Of a DNA stretch of 64,000 nt, positions 10,239 to 19,473 are shown piece after piece. Numbering within the stretch: position 1 is the first letter of the stretch; the number at the start of each line of letters is the position of its first letter. Source of the stretch: Longimicrobiales bacterium. GTDB taxonomy: Bacteria; Gemmatimonadota; Gemmatimonadetes; Longimicrobiales; RSA9. Position numbers and translations under genes: made by a program. Under the pieces are notes generated by a model. It had not been told where the DNA came from, ran no database searches, and was given only the letters and a program-made list of their open reading frames with translations. Location of the stretch: contig DATHVP010000025.1 of assembly GCA_035461245.1 (NCBI GenBank), positions 79,714-143,713 of the forward strand, in the 5' to 3' direction.

Positions 10239-10420
10239 GGAGTCTTTGTCAGGATTCGTGTCCCATTCAAGTCCTGTCCGGGAATGCCCGCACCGGGGCG
10301 ACACTCACAAGATGGCGCTGGACGCGACGGCGTACAACCGCCGGCGCGCTCGCCTGCGTTGGCCCTGGCGCGCACGGCGCGGCAGTGTACAACCCGCGCG
10401 CCGGGTCCTATGCTTCGGCC

Positions 10421-11473
10421 ATGACTGCAACCGCACGCCGTATCGTCGTCACCCGGCCCATCCCCGCGGCCGGGCTCAGGATCCTGGACGAAGCCGCCAT
10501 GGGCCGCGCCACCGTGCTGCAGCCGGACCCCGATGCCCACGTGGACCCGCTGGCCCTGCGCAACGCCGTTGCCGGCGCCGACGCATTGCTGTGTCTGCTC
10601 ACCGAGCGCATCGACCGGCCGCTGCTGGAATCCTGCCCGCTCCTGCGGGGCGTTGCCAACATGGCCGTGGGCTACAACAACATTGATGTCGCCGCTGCCA
10701 CTTCTCTTGGCATACCCGTGAGCAACACGCCGGGCGTGCTCACGGAGACCACCGCCGACCTGGCATGGGCCCTCATCCTCGCCGTGGCCCGACGCATCAC
10801 CGAAGCGGACGCGTACATGCGGGCCGAGCGGTACAGGATCTGGGGGCCGGAACTACTCCTCGGCGCCGACGTGGGCACCGGACCCGATGGAGAACGGAAG
10901 ACCCTGGGCATCATCGGCTTCGGTCGCATAGGCCAGGCCGTCGCCCGGCGAGCCCGTGGTTTCGACATGCGGGTCCTCGCCTGGAACCCCCATTCCAGGG
11001 ACGTCATCGAGGCGGCTGACGACGTCGAGTACGCCTCTGTGGAGGATATCCTGGAGCGCAGCGATTTCGTGTCGCTCCATGCAGCATACACGCCGGATAC
11101 GCACCACCTCATTGACGCCGCCGCACTGCAGCGCATGAAGCCGACGTCCTTCCTCATCAACACCGCACGGGGCGAGATGGTGGATGAGGCAGCGCTGGTG
11201 CGTGCCTTGCGCGAGGGCCGGATCGCAGGGGCAGGACTGGATGTCTTCGAGCGGGAGCCCGCCATGTCTGACGGCCTGGCCGCATGCCCGAACGCGGTGC
11301 TGCTGCCGCACATCGGCAGCGCGTCGGACGCGACCCGGGGCCGCATGGCGAGCATGGCCGCGGCGAACACCGTGGCCCATATGCGCCTCGAGCGCGCGCC
11401 CAATGTGGTGAACCTGGACGTCTACGAAACCGACGCGTACCGGGAGCGCATGAAGAGGGTCCGGGATGACTGA
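10421..11473 (+). CDS. D-isomer-specific 2-hydroxyacid dehydrogenase (glyoxylate/hydroxypyruvate reductase-like)
   Basis: NAD-binding TLGIIGFGRIGQAV. Catalytic-region motifs INTARGEMVDEAAL and LLPHIGSAS. Internal ATG 10421 (MTATARRIVVTRP) chosen as start. Confidence 0.85.
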   Translation: MTATARRIVVTRPIPAAGLRILDEAAMGRATVLQPDPDAHVDPLALRNAVAGADALLCLLTERIDRPLLESCPLLRGVANMAVGYNNIDVAAATSLGIPVSNTPGVLTETTADLAWALILAVARRITEADAYMRAERYRIWGPELLLGADVGTGPDGERKTLGIIGFGRIGQAVARRARGFDMRVLAWNPHSRDVIEAADDVEYASVEDILERSDFVSLHAAYTPDTHHLIDAAALQRMKPTSFLINTARGEMVDEAALVRALREGRIAGAGLDVFEREPAMSDGLAACPNAVLLPHIGSASDATRGRMASMAAANTVAHMRLERAPNVVNLDVYETDAYRERMKRVRDD

Positions 11474-12779
11474 CGGCAAAGGATACGATCGTCATGAGCG
11501 ACGTCGCCACGCCGAGGCCATCCTGCGGGCAGCCATAGCCGCGTCAGATCCGGCGCCGCTGGTGGAACGCGCGCTCCGCGGTGCCGTGGAGCTGGAGGCC
11601 GGGGCGAATGTCCGCGTCATTGCCATCGGCAAGGCGGCACCCGCCATGGCCGGCGCGGCGCTCCGCGTCCTCGGTGACCGCGTGGTCCGCGGACTTATCG
11701 TCGCGCCCCATGGCACGCCTGCCCCCACCGGCGCCCTGTTCGGCGGGCATCCCGTGCCCGACGAGGACAGCGTCGCCGCCGGCCGCGCCGTGCTGGACGA
11801 GCTGGAGGCGGCGGGGCCTGACGAGACGGTGGTTGTCCTGCTGTCCGGCGGTGCGTCCGCCTGCGTGGCCCTGCCCCTCGGGGACATCGCGGTCTCTTCC
11901 TACGCGGACTGCATCACCCGGCTCATGCGTTCCGGGGCCGACATCACGCAGCTCAACACCGTGAGGAAGCACATTGACGGACTGAAGGGCGGCCGCATGG
12001 CGGTCCGCGCTGCACCCACCCCCGTCCTCGGCCTGGTCCTCTCTGATGTGGTGGGTGATCCCCTGGACGTCATTGCGTCCGGCCCGCTATCGCCGGACCC
12101 CACCCGCGCCGATGATGCACGTCAGGTCCTCCAGCGCCACGGGCTGCTGTACGACTGCGACGACGCCATCCGCGCCGTGCTCGAGAGCGATCACGGCGAG
12201 TCACCCGACGAGGAGGACCCCCGCTTCGAGAACGTGCGCGTGCGCGTCATCGGCGGCAATGACGTAGCGGTGGAGGGCGCCGCTCTCGCCGCGGAAGAAC
12301 TGGGTTACCGGGTCCGGCGGGCCACCCGGCCCGTGACCGGGCCGGCGCGCGAGGCCGGCTACACACTGGCCCGGGAAGCGCGCATACTGCAGGGGGAGGA
12401 CGGCCTGCCCGTCTGCATCGTGGCCGGCGGTGAGACAACCATGGCCGTGCAGGGCAGCGGCCGCGGCGGCCGCAACCAGGAGCTGGTGCTGGCCGGATGC
12501 CTGGCACTGGACGGCAGAGCGGGCATCACCATCGCGTCCGTGGGCACCGACGGCGTGGACGGCAACACGGACGCCGCCGGCGCCATCGCCGACGAGGCGA
12601 CACCGGCGGCAGCGGCGGCGGCAGGCGCTGATGTCAGGACAATCCTGGATGACAACGACAGCTACTCGTACTTCACCGCCACCGATGGCCTGGTGATGAC
12701 CGGCCCCACCGGCACCAACGTCAACGATGTGCACATTGCCCTCATCGCGCAGCCCGGGCGCGTGCTACCGCCGCCATGA
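11466..12779 (+). CDS. Glycerate 2-kinase / hydroxypyruvate-reductase-like (DUF4147 + MOFRL family)
   Basis: VIAIGKAAPAMA near the N-terminus, and C-terminal SVGTDGVDGNTDAAGA and GPTGTNVNDV motifs typical of MOFRL glycerate kinases. 8-nt overlap with the upstream dehydrogenase gene. Confidence 0.8.
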   Translation: MTDGKGYDRHERRRHAEAILRAAIAASDPAPLVERALRGAVELEAGANVRVIAIGKAAPAMAGAALRVLGDRVVRGLIVAPHGTPAPTGALFGGHPVPDEDSVAAGRAVLDELEAAGPDETVVVLLSGGASACVALPLGDIAVSSYADCITRLMRSGADITQLNTVRKHIDGLKGGRMAVRAAPTPVLGLVLSDVVGDPLDVIASGPLSPDPTRADDARQVLQRHGLLYDCDDAIRAVLESDHGESPDEEDPRFENVRVRVIGGNDVAVEGAALAAEELGYRVRRATRPVTGPAREAGYTLAREARILQGEDGLPVCIVAGGETTMAVQGSGRGGRNQELVLAGCLALDGRAGITIASVGTDGVDGNTDAAGAIADEATPAAAAAAGADVRTILDDNDSYSYFTATDGLVMTGPTGTNVNDVHIALIAQPGRVLPPP

Positions 12780-13251
12780 GCGCGTCACCGTCCTGCGTGC
12801 CGATGAGGATCCGCTCGCCAGACCGGAGCACCAGCTGCACGCCGTCGTTGCCCCGGACGTTATAGGCCCAGCCGCGCACGCCCATCCGTATGCCCCAGCC
12901 GCCATACTCCAGCATGGGCGAGTACGCGCGCCGCTCCACCACCTCGATCTCGTCCCAGTTCCATGCCCGGCGCCGCAGGTGGAGCGGGAAGAAACGAACA
13001 CCCAGGCCCTCCGTCGTGACCTCCGTTTCCAGTCGCAGCCACAGAAAGAACAGGGGGAACCCTACGCCGAATACCAGGAGGAGCACCACGAGCCAGCCGT
13101 CCGGCGCGGGGTTGCTGCCAAACGGCTGGCCCATCGCGAGCTGCCGCCACGCGCCGTACCAGATCATGAGCGACGACCCGCCCAGCAGCAGCCACAGCCA
13201 GGGCTGCGTGAAGCGCTGAATCTCACGGAACAGGACTCGCCTGCCAGTCAT
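12742..13251 (-). CDS. Hypothetical membrane protein (two TM helices plus small beta-rich C-terminal domain)
   Basis: ATG 13251 is preceded by GGTGAGGG. Hydrophobic helices WLWLLLGGSSLMIWYGAW and GWLVVLLLVFGVGFPLFFLWL. Good GC3 bias. The 3' end overlaps the convergent glycerate-kinase gene by 38 nt. Confidence 0.55.
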   Translation of the reverse strand: MTGRRVLFREIQRFTQPWLWLLLGGSSLMIWYGAWRQLAMGQPFGSNPAPDGWLVVLLLVFGVGFPLFFLWLRLETEVTTEGLGVRFFPLHLRRRAWNWDEIEVVERRAYSPMLEYGGWGIRMGVRGWAYNVRGNDGVQLVLRSGERILIGTQDGDALMAAVARARAAR

Positions 13252-13315
13252 GCCCTCACCCTGCGAGCGGCCCGCGGCGAAGATCGCCCACGTGCGGAAG
13301 TGCCGGAAATGACAC

Positions 13316-13346
13316 GACGCGCGGTCCTCGTACAAGGCCGCGCGTC
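13316..13346 (-). terminator. GC-rich hairpin downstream of the small gene 13428-13625
   Basis: GACGCGCGG (13316-13324) pairs with CCGCGCGTC (13338-13346), with a 13-nt loop. ATGAC/GTCAT can extend the stem across a 2-nt bulge. No U-tract. Confidence 0.4.
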
Positions 13347-13427
13347 GTCATGGTACATCATTCATTGTTTCCCTGCCAGCGTCGCGGAGCGGCACCGGCT
13401 GGCGCCCCTCCGTGTGAGGAGGAACTG

Positions 13428-13625
13428 TCAGCCAGCGATCCGTACCGCCTTGGTGTCCTCCACGTCGATGGCCTGCTCGGCCACCACCTTGGCGGTATCC
13501 TCCGTCGAGCGGGTCAGCGTCGCCTCGGCCAGGCTGCCGACGGACAGGGCGAACGCTGCTGCGATCAGTGACCACTTCACGACGGTCCTGTCGCGGTCTG
13601 CACTTGTGATGTTCCTGCGGATCAT
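13428..13625 (-). CDS. Small hypothetical membrane-anchored protein (65 aa)
   Basis: ATG 13625 is preceded by a strong SD (GGGGAGGA). One TM/signal-like helix (WSLIAAAFALSVGSLA) followed by an acidic tail. Confidence 0.5.
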   Translation of the reverse strand: MIRRNITSADRDRTVVKWSLIAAAFALSVGSLAEATLTRSTEDTAKVVAEQAIDVEDTKAVRIAG

Positions 13626-13838
13626 GTGTCCTCCCCGGTGCGGCGTTGTCACTGCGATCTATTGGTCTCGCCGGTCTCTGCCGGCGCTCATCTGGTTGGA
13701 CGCAGCAACCGCTGAATTGGTTGTCGAGCTGCTGTCCGAACCTCCCTACGAGGCCCCGGCGCGGCAGGTTTCACCGACATCCCCGCGCGCCGCCGACGCC
13801 GCCGCCCGGCGCACGACAAGTTTCAGCGCAGCACGAAC

Positions 13839-14543
13839 TTATGGAGCAGTTTGCGGCAGGACTGTGACCCTCTCGATCACGTCGAGGTCGTCATATCGGC
13901 GGGACAGGTAGTGGTTGCCATGGGACAGCATGCAGCCGAACTCCGGGCCGCGACCGCGAGGCTGCATCTCGCCGTACTCGCCATTCAGCAGGTACAGCGA
14001 ACCCATGCCGTCGATGACCCTGCCGATGGGCGCGAAGTCTTCCGCGTCCAGCGCCTCGTTCGCCCTGTAGTTGAAAAAGAGTTGCGTGGTCCTCGAGTCG
14101 GGCCCGGCCTTGGCGTAGCTGAGGGTACCCGTGCCGTTGCTCACCCGGGGTGGATCATCAACCAGGGGCCGTTCGTGCCAGACGCCGTCCACCTCCGGGT
14201 GACCGTTCATGCCGAACTGCGCGATGAAGCCGGGCAGCACCCGATAGAATCGGGACCCGTCGTAGAACCCGTGCCGCGCCAGGTTGTAGAAACGGGCTGC
14301 ACCGAGGGGTGCCCAGTCCCGGTAGATACGCACCGTCACCGGGCCCTGCGTCGTCTCGAACCGGACGTCAAAGGAGTCGGGCGGGGCTTCGCGCATTTCC
14401 GGGGCGTCGGGGTTACGCAGGACGTGGCCGGCGGGCACCGCTTCCGGCGGCGGCGGCCCTTCGCACGGGTTGCCGGCGCATGCCGCCAGCGTGCAGGCGG
14501 CAGCCACGACGGTGGCGCGGCGGAATCCGGTCAGCGTGCTCAT
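13839..14543 (-). CDS. Peptidyl-prolyl cis-trans isomerase, cyclophilin type (probable lipoprotein)
   Basis: FETTQGPVTVRIYRDWAPLGAARFYNLARHGFYDGSRFYRVLPGFIAQFG is the cyclophilin core. The N-terminus MSTLTGFRRATVVAAACTLAAC has a lipobox. Start at ATG 14543. Confidence 0.9.
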   Translation of the reverse strand: MSTLTGFRRATVVAAACTLAACAGNPCEGPPPPEAVPAGHVLRNPDAPEMREAPPDSFDVRFETTQGPVTVRIYRDWAPLGAARFYNLARHGFYDGSRFYRVLPGFIAQFGMNGHPEVDGVWHERPLVDDPPRVSNGTGTLSYAKAGPDSRTTQLFFNYRANEALDAEDFAPIGRVIDGMGSLYLLNGEYGEMQPRGRGPEFGCMLSHGNHYLSRRYDDLDVIERVTVLPQTAP

Positions 14544-14670
14544 GGCGCAGCAAGCTACTGACACGACGATGTCTGCGAAACCGGGCGCGGACCGGTTCCG
14601 TAAAGTATGCTGTAGCGCGCAGGATCGAGCCGGCGCCCACGACCCCTCACGCAGGACGCGGGACAACCTC

Positions 14671-16953
14671 ATGCGACGTCGTATACTCGCCTCCATCATG
14701 ATGCCCCTGCTGGCCGGCATGCCGGCCGCGGCCCAGCGGCCCACGGGACCGCCGGCGGCACCAGCGGACACGGCGGGCGCGTTCCTGGACGCGCACGCGG
14801 CCTCGCTCATGAACCGCGCCCGCGACGCACGCATGCTCAGTGACAGCTCGCTGCGCAGCTATACGGCCATCACCCGCTCGCGCATGGCCGCAGGCCTGCG
14901 CATGCCACTCAAGGACCGGACGCTGTTCCGCTCCGAGTCGGCGGCACGGGTACGGTGGAGCCGGGACGGCGACAACATCATCCAGGTCCTGGCCGGACGG
15001 GAGCAGACGCCCGGAGGCGTGGAGCCGGACGCCTCCGGCATCCGCCCGTTCGACCCCAGGGAGGACCGGCTGTATTTCGACCTCATGCGGGACAGCGTCC
15101 GGGCGGGACGGACGGACAACGTCGGCGACGACGACGACTTCTACATCGAGCATCCACTGGGCTCATACGCGGAACGCCACTACCGCTACCAGAGTGGCGA
15201 CACAATGGTCATCCGGCTGCAGGACGGGCAGACCCTGCGCGTCGCCGAGTTGCAGGTCATCCCACGCCGCAATGACCCGCAGACCGTACGCGGCACGCTA
15301 TGGATCGAGACGGGCTCCGCCGCCGTGGTCCGCGCCGCGTTCCGCCTTGCCCGTCGGGTTGACATCGTCCACGACATGAACGCCATGGATGAGGACGACC
15401 GCCGTACCGTGGGCCGCGTCCCCCTCATCAACCCGCTGGAGTTCGACCTGTCACTCATGACGGTGGAGTACTCCCTCTGGGACATGCGGCACTGGCTGCC
15501 CCGGAGCATGCGCATCGAGGGCGTCGCACGGGCTGGTGTGTTCGTGATGCCGGCCTCGTTCGAGACGAGCTACCAGATGCTCGATGTCCTCACGGACCAC
15601 GATGCCATCGCCGCGACCGAGGAGGAACTCATCGAGCAGACCCTCGCCGAGTGGCAGGCGGAGGGCGACTACCGGCTGAGCCGGGGCGGATCCCGGCGCA
15701 GCCCGTCCCGGATCCTGGCGCCCCGGGACCAGGACGAGTTGCTGCGACACCCCATGCTGCCGCCCCCCATCTGGGAGGATGCGCCCGGTTTCGCCACCGA
15801 GGCCGAGCTCCAGGAGATGGCAGACCGCATCAGCCGCATACCGGGACCGGCGCGTCCGGACCTGCCCGTGCGCTTCGGCTGGGGGCCTGGCGAGCCGGGG
15901 ATGCTGCGCTACAACCGGGTCGAGGCGCTGTCGGTTGGCGCCCGGGTCACGCTGCCCCTGCCCCACGTGACCGTGGAAGCCGTGGGCCGCATCGGCGCCG
16001 CCGACCTGCACCCCAACGCTGAGCTGCTGCTGCGCCGGGAGACCATGCGCCGGACCCTGGAACTGCGCGGCTACCACCAGCTCGCCACGGTGGACGAGTC
16101 ACGCCGGGCACTGGGCGCAGGCAATTCCCTGTCCGCGCTGCTGCTGGGGCGCGACGAGGGCGAATACTTCCGCGCCACCGGCGCGTCCGTGACACTGGCA
16201 CCGCCGGCCCACCGGCGGCGTGCCTGGGACATTCGCCTCTACGCCGAGGCCCATGGCGACGTGGAGCGCGGCACCCACATCGCCGTGCCCCGGGCATGGC
16301 GGGACGACGTGTTCCGGGAGAACATCGCGGCTTACGAGTCCCGGCAGGCAGGCGCTGCCATACGCGTGCGACCGTGGTGGGGGACTGACCCCACGGCGGC
16401 GCAGTTCGGCATTGATGTGCTGATGCAGGGCGAGCACACCTGGTTCCCCGACGACGCCGGCACCGGCGCCGTCGTCCGGGCACAGGCCACGCTGCGCGGC
16501 GCCGTACCCCTCACCGCGGGCGTCCGCCTCGGTGCGGAACTCGGGGCGGGACTGGCCCACGGTACGCTGGACCATGCGACCATGGACGGCGTTCCGCCGC
16601 AGCGCCTGTTCTACCTGGGCGGTGCTTCAACGTTGCGCGGCTATGGTCCCGGCACACTGTGGGGGCCGGAGATGCTGCGCGGACGGCTCGAGCTCGCCCG
16701 CACCTTCTCCTTCGGCGGCCTGGCCGCGTTCGGTGACTACGCCCGCACCAGCAGCGGCACAATCACCGGCGGCACTGCCCTGGGTGACGGCGAATGGACA
16801 AATGAGCTGTTCGCCGCCGGCGCCGGCCTCAGTCTCCTGGACGGGCTGGTCCGGCTGGACCTGGCCCACGGCATCGGGCCCCGGCGCGGCTGGCAGGCGG
16901 AGCAGGCGCGCCGGGGCTGGCGCCTGGACCTGCACGTGGACGCCGTGCTCTAG
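14671..16953 (+). CDS. Omp85-superfamily-like outer-membrane protein (paralogue of 42716-44875)
   Basis: Signal peptide MRRRILASIMMPLLAGMPAAAQ. The C-terminus has a surface-antigen-type motif LFYLGGASTLRGYGPG followed by alternating beta-strand-like segments. The N-terminal 450 aa is unassigned. Confidence 0.65.
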   Translation: MRRRILASIMMPLLAGMPAAAQRPTGPPAAPADTAGAFLDAHAASLMNRARDARMLSDSSLRSYTAITRSRMAAGLRMPLKDRTLFRSESAARVRWSRDGDNIIQVLAGREQTPGGVEPDASGIRPFDPREDRLYFDLMRDSVRAGRTDNVGDDDDFYIEHPLGSYAERHYRYQSGDTMVIRLQDGQTLRVAELQVIPRRNDPQTVRGTLWIETGSAAVVRAAFRLARRVDIVHDMNAMDEDDRRTVGRVPLINPLEFDLSLMTVEYSLWDMRHWLPRSMRIEGVARAGVFVMPASFETSYQMLDVLTDHDAIAATEEELIEQTLAEWQAEGDYRLSRGGSRRSPSRILAPRDQDELLRHPMLPPPIWEDAPGFATEAELQEMADRISRIPGPARPDLPVRFGWGPGEPGMLRYNRVEALSVGARVTLPLPHVTVEAVGRIGAADLHPNAELLLRRETMRRTLELRGYHQLATVDESRRALGAGNSLSALLLGRDEGEYFRATGASVTLAPPAHRRRAWDIRLYAEAHGDVERGTHIAVPRAWRDDVFRENIAAYESRQAGAAIRVRPWWGTDPTAAQFGIDVLMQGEHTWFPDDAGTGAVVRAQATLRGAVPLTAGVRLGAELGAGLAHGTLDHATMDGVPPQRLFYLGGASTLRGYGPGTLWGPEMLRGRLELARTFSFGGLAAFGDYARTSSGTITGGTALGDGEWTNELFAAGAGLSLLDGLVRLDLAHGIGPRRGWQAEQARRGWRLDLHVDAVL

Positions 16954-16987
16954 GCCCCGTCCGGAAACGGTGGCGCGAACGCCCCCG

Positions 16988-17812
16988 TCAGCCGAACAGG
17001 TCCTGCTGCTCCCGCATGAGCCCCATGTCCCGCGGTTCCAGGCCCAGCAGCGTCTGGAGCCGCCGGGCGCTGTCGGGGCTGCTGCCCAGGTAGTCGTTGT
17101 TGAAGTAAGCGTACGTCGCCGGCGCGTTCACGGACAGGATCGTCGCCGCCCATGCCGCTACCTCCTGCTCCCGTTCCCGGATGAGCGACGGCGTCAGCTG
17201 CTGGCGACGAGGTGATCCCATCCACCGCAGGTACTGAAAGCTGCCTGGTGCGACCCGTGCCACACGCTGCGCCGTGGCGCTGTCCATCCACGGGCCTACG
17301 CTCACCGCCATGGCCACGTCCCACCGGCGGACCAGGTCGAAGATATCCTCCGTGAACCAGGCCACCTGCCTGAACTCGATGGCGAACGCCAGCTCCGCCG
17401 GGAGCACGCCCAGGAACCCCTCGACAGCGTCCCGTTCGCCCACCCCCATGTCCGGCGGGAGCTGGATGAGGAGAGGGCCCAGCTTCTCCTCGAGTTCCGC
17501 GGCCCGGTCGCAGAACTCGAACAGCTCGCTGGCCGCGCCCACCAGGCGAGCATCGTGGGTGATGCTGCGGGGCAGTTTCGCCGTGAAAAGGAACTCGTCC
17601 GGCGTCCGCTCGTACCAGGATCGGAACCGGCCGGGCGGCGGCGTGGCGTAGAAGGTGGAGTCCACCTCCACCGTGTCGAAGATCCTGCTGTACAACTCCA
17701 GCCGGTCCAGTGACTTTGTGCCCGGCGGGTAGAAGACGCCGCTCCAGAAATCGTAGTTCCAGCCCTGGGTCCCGATGCGGTAGCGTCGGGCGTTGCCCTC
17801 AGTTGCCGGCAC
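16988..17812 (-). CDS. DUF72 (UPF0759) family protein
   Basis: YRIGTQGWNYDFWSGVFYPPG...LELYSRIFDTVEVDSTFYA is the DUF72 N-terminal signature. GTG start at 17812 is preceded by GGAGGAGG. Confidence 0.85.
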   Translation of the reverse strand: MPATEGNARRYRIGTQGWNYDFWSGVFYPPGTKSLDRLELYSRIFDTVEVDSTFYATPPPGRFRSWYERTPDEFLFTAKLPRSITHDARLVGAASELFEFCDRAAELEEKLGPLLIQLPPDMGVGERDAVEGFLGVLPAELAFAIEFRQVAWFTEDIFDLVRRWDVAMAVSVGPWMDSATAQRVARVAPGSFQYLRWMGSPRRQQLTPSLIREREQEVAAWAATILSVNAPATYAYFNNDYLGSSPDSARRLQTLLGLEPRDMGLMREQQDLFG

Positions 17813-17836
17813 GCTAAACCCCTCCTCCCGCGGAGC

Positions 17837-18421
17837 CTACACCCGGCCCCACCACGCCGGCTCGTTGCCCGCCCGCCACTTGATGTTGCAGCCCAGACTC
17901 GGGGTCTGATCCGCCGGGACCGGACGCCCGTCCAGTACGGCGTCCAGCGCCACGCGCAGGTCACTGCCCGTGACGGGAACGTCGTTGCCGGGACGACTGT
18001 CATCCAGCTGGCCTCGATAGACCAGCCGGCGGTCCGCGTCGAACAGGAAGAAGTCCGGGGTGCATGCCGCACGGTACGCCGAGGCCACCTGCTGCGTGCC
18101 GTCGAACAGGTAAGGGAACGTGTAGCCGGCATCCCGTTTTTCCTCGCGCATCCGTTCAGGCGAGTCGTCCGGATACGCGGCCGGGTCGTTGGAACTGATG
18201 GCGACGATGGCCACTCCGCGACTGCCGTAGTCCCGGCCCAGTCGGGCGAGTTCGTCCCGCACGTGCTTCACGAACGGGCAGTGGTTGCACAGGAACATGA
18301 CCAGCAGTGCCGGCGCATCGGCGTAGTCGTCCAGGCTCACCGTGCCGCCGTCCGTGTCCGGCAGCGTGAAGTCAGGTGCTGGCGTGCCCAGCTCGAGCAT
18401 CGTGGATGGCGTGCGTGCCAT
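17837..18421 (-). CDS. Thioredoxin-fold thiol-disulfide oxidoreductase (redoxin/AhpC-TSA-like)
   Basis: PAPDFTLPDTDGGTVSL...LLVMFLCNHCPFVKH (CxxC active site) and a C-terminal SLGCNIKW motif. SD GGGAGG lies upstream of ATG 18421. Confidence 0.85.
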   Translation of the reverse strand: MARTPSTMLELGTPAPDFTLPDTDGGTVSLDDYADAPALLVMFLCNHCPFVKHVRDELARLGRDYGSRGVAIVAISSNDPAAYPDDSPERMREEKRDAGYTFPYLFDGTQQVASAYRAACTPDFFLFDADRRLVYRGQLDDSRPGNDVPVTGSDLRVALDAVLDGRPVPADQTPSLGCNIKWRAGNEPAWWGRV

Positions 18422-18497
18422 GTACGGTCCTCCCTCGGTCGAGTGCCTGCCTCGTCAGGCAAGATATCGGCCGGCGGAGGCGCCTACCACCACCTCG

Positions 18498-18776
18498 TCA
18501 CGTGGCCCGGTGCGCCCGCAGCCCGCGCGGCAGGCGCTCCGCCGTTCGGCGGTACGGCTGCAGCAGCATTGGACAGCCGCGCCACAGGCACGGCTCCGTC
18601 GTCAGTTCCGGCGCTGGCGGCACGGCCGATGCGGCCGGGACCAGCACCGGCCGCTCCGCCGCAGGCGGGCTCACTCCACGGCCGCCCGCCATCGCCCGGT
18701 CCGCAACCAGGACCAGAACACCGATACAGAGCCCGAAGGCGAAGGCAAGTTTCACCGACAGATAACTGCGTCCCAT
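18498..18776 (-). CDS. Possible small membrane protein (92 aa), uncharacterised
   Basis: ATG 18776 with a GGAG 6 nt upstream. One TM helix (LAFAFGLCIGVLVLVA), a Pro/Ala-rich segment, and a CLWRGC pair. No recognisable family. Confidence 0.3.
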   Translation of the reverse strand: MGRSYLSVKLAFAFGLCIGVLVLVADRAMAGGRGVSPPAAERPVLVPAASAVPPAPELTTEPCLWRGCPMLLQPYRRTAERLPRGLRAHRAT

Positions 18777-19101
18777 GACTGTCTCCGAACTCTCAGGATC
18801 TGATTGCGACGGGGCTCCCGCCGCACCACCTGTAGCGAAACGTGCGTGCCGAGGCTTCATCGGCGCTTAAACGCTTCTCGTACAACCGATTTTCCAGTTC
18901 CGAGCCCGCCCCGGACTGCGCACCGGCCGTCCGGCGCCGGGCACCGGCGTCCCGGATCCGGACGCCGGACCGCCCCTTCCCCCTCGTGCCGCGAATCGGC
19001 GGATCCGGGCCCGTCCCCGACCGGACCATGGACTCCCCTTGACAGTCTATGGGTCAGCCCTGCAGCTTTCCCAGAGAACGTCTAGGGCAACGGAGGGGAC
19101 A

Positions 19102-19437
19102 ATGAAAGTGGACGTGCTGCAGGGTACACTGGACATGCTGGTCCTGAAGGCGCTGAGCTGGGGCGCGATGCACGGGTACGGCATCACGCGCTGGCTGGAG
19201 CAGACGACGGATTCAGCGCTGCAGGTGGAGGAGGGATCGCTCTATCCGGCGCTGCACCGCATGGCGAAGCGCGGGTGGGTGAAGGCGGAGTGGGGCGTGT
19301 CGGAGAACAACCGCCGGGCGAAGTACTACACACTCACGACGGCGGGCCGGCAGCAGCTGCGCCGGGAGGCGCAGACGTGGGAGGTCTTCACGCGCGTTGT
19401 GAGCACTGTTCTATCGGCGCAGCCGACGCAGGCCTGA
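19102..19437 (+). CDS. PadR-family transcriptional regulator
   Basis: LDMLVLKALSWGAMHGYGITRWLEQ...EGSLYPALHRMAKRGWV...RRAKYYTLTTAGRQQL is the PadR winged helix. GGAGGGG SD lies before ATG 19102. Confidence 0.9.
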   Translation: MKVDVLQGTLDMLVLKALSWGAMHGYGITRWLEQTTDSALQVEEGSLYPALHRMAKRGWVKAEWGVSENNRRAKYYTLTTAGRQQLRREAQTWEVFTRVVSTVLSAQPTQA

Positions 19438-19473
19438 TGGCCGGGGCCCCTTCGCTCATCACGAGGACGTGCC

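Noticed and set aside
19039-19062. TTGACA hexamer (19039-19044) upstream of padR, considered as a sigma-70 -35 box or PadR operator.
   Set aside because: No acceptable -10 hexamer lies at 16-18 nt spacing, and there is no clear ATGT-N8-ACAT-type PadR palindrome. The evidence is insufficient to call it.
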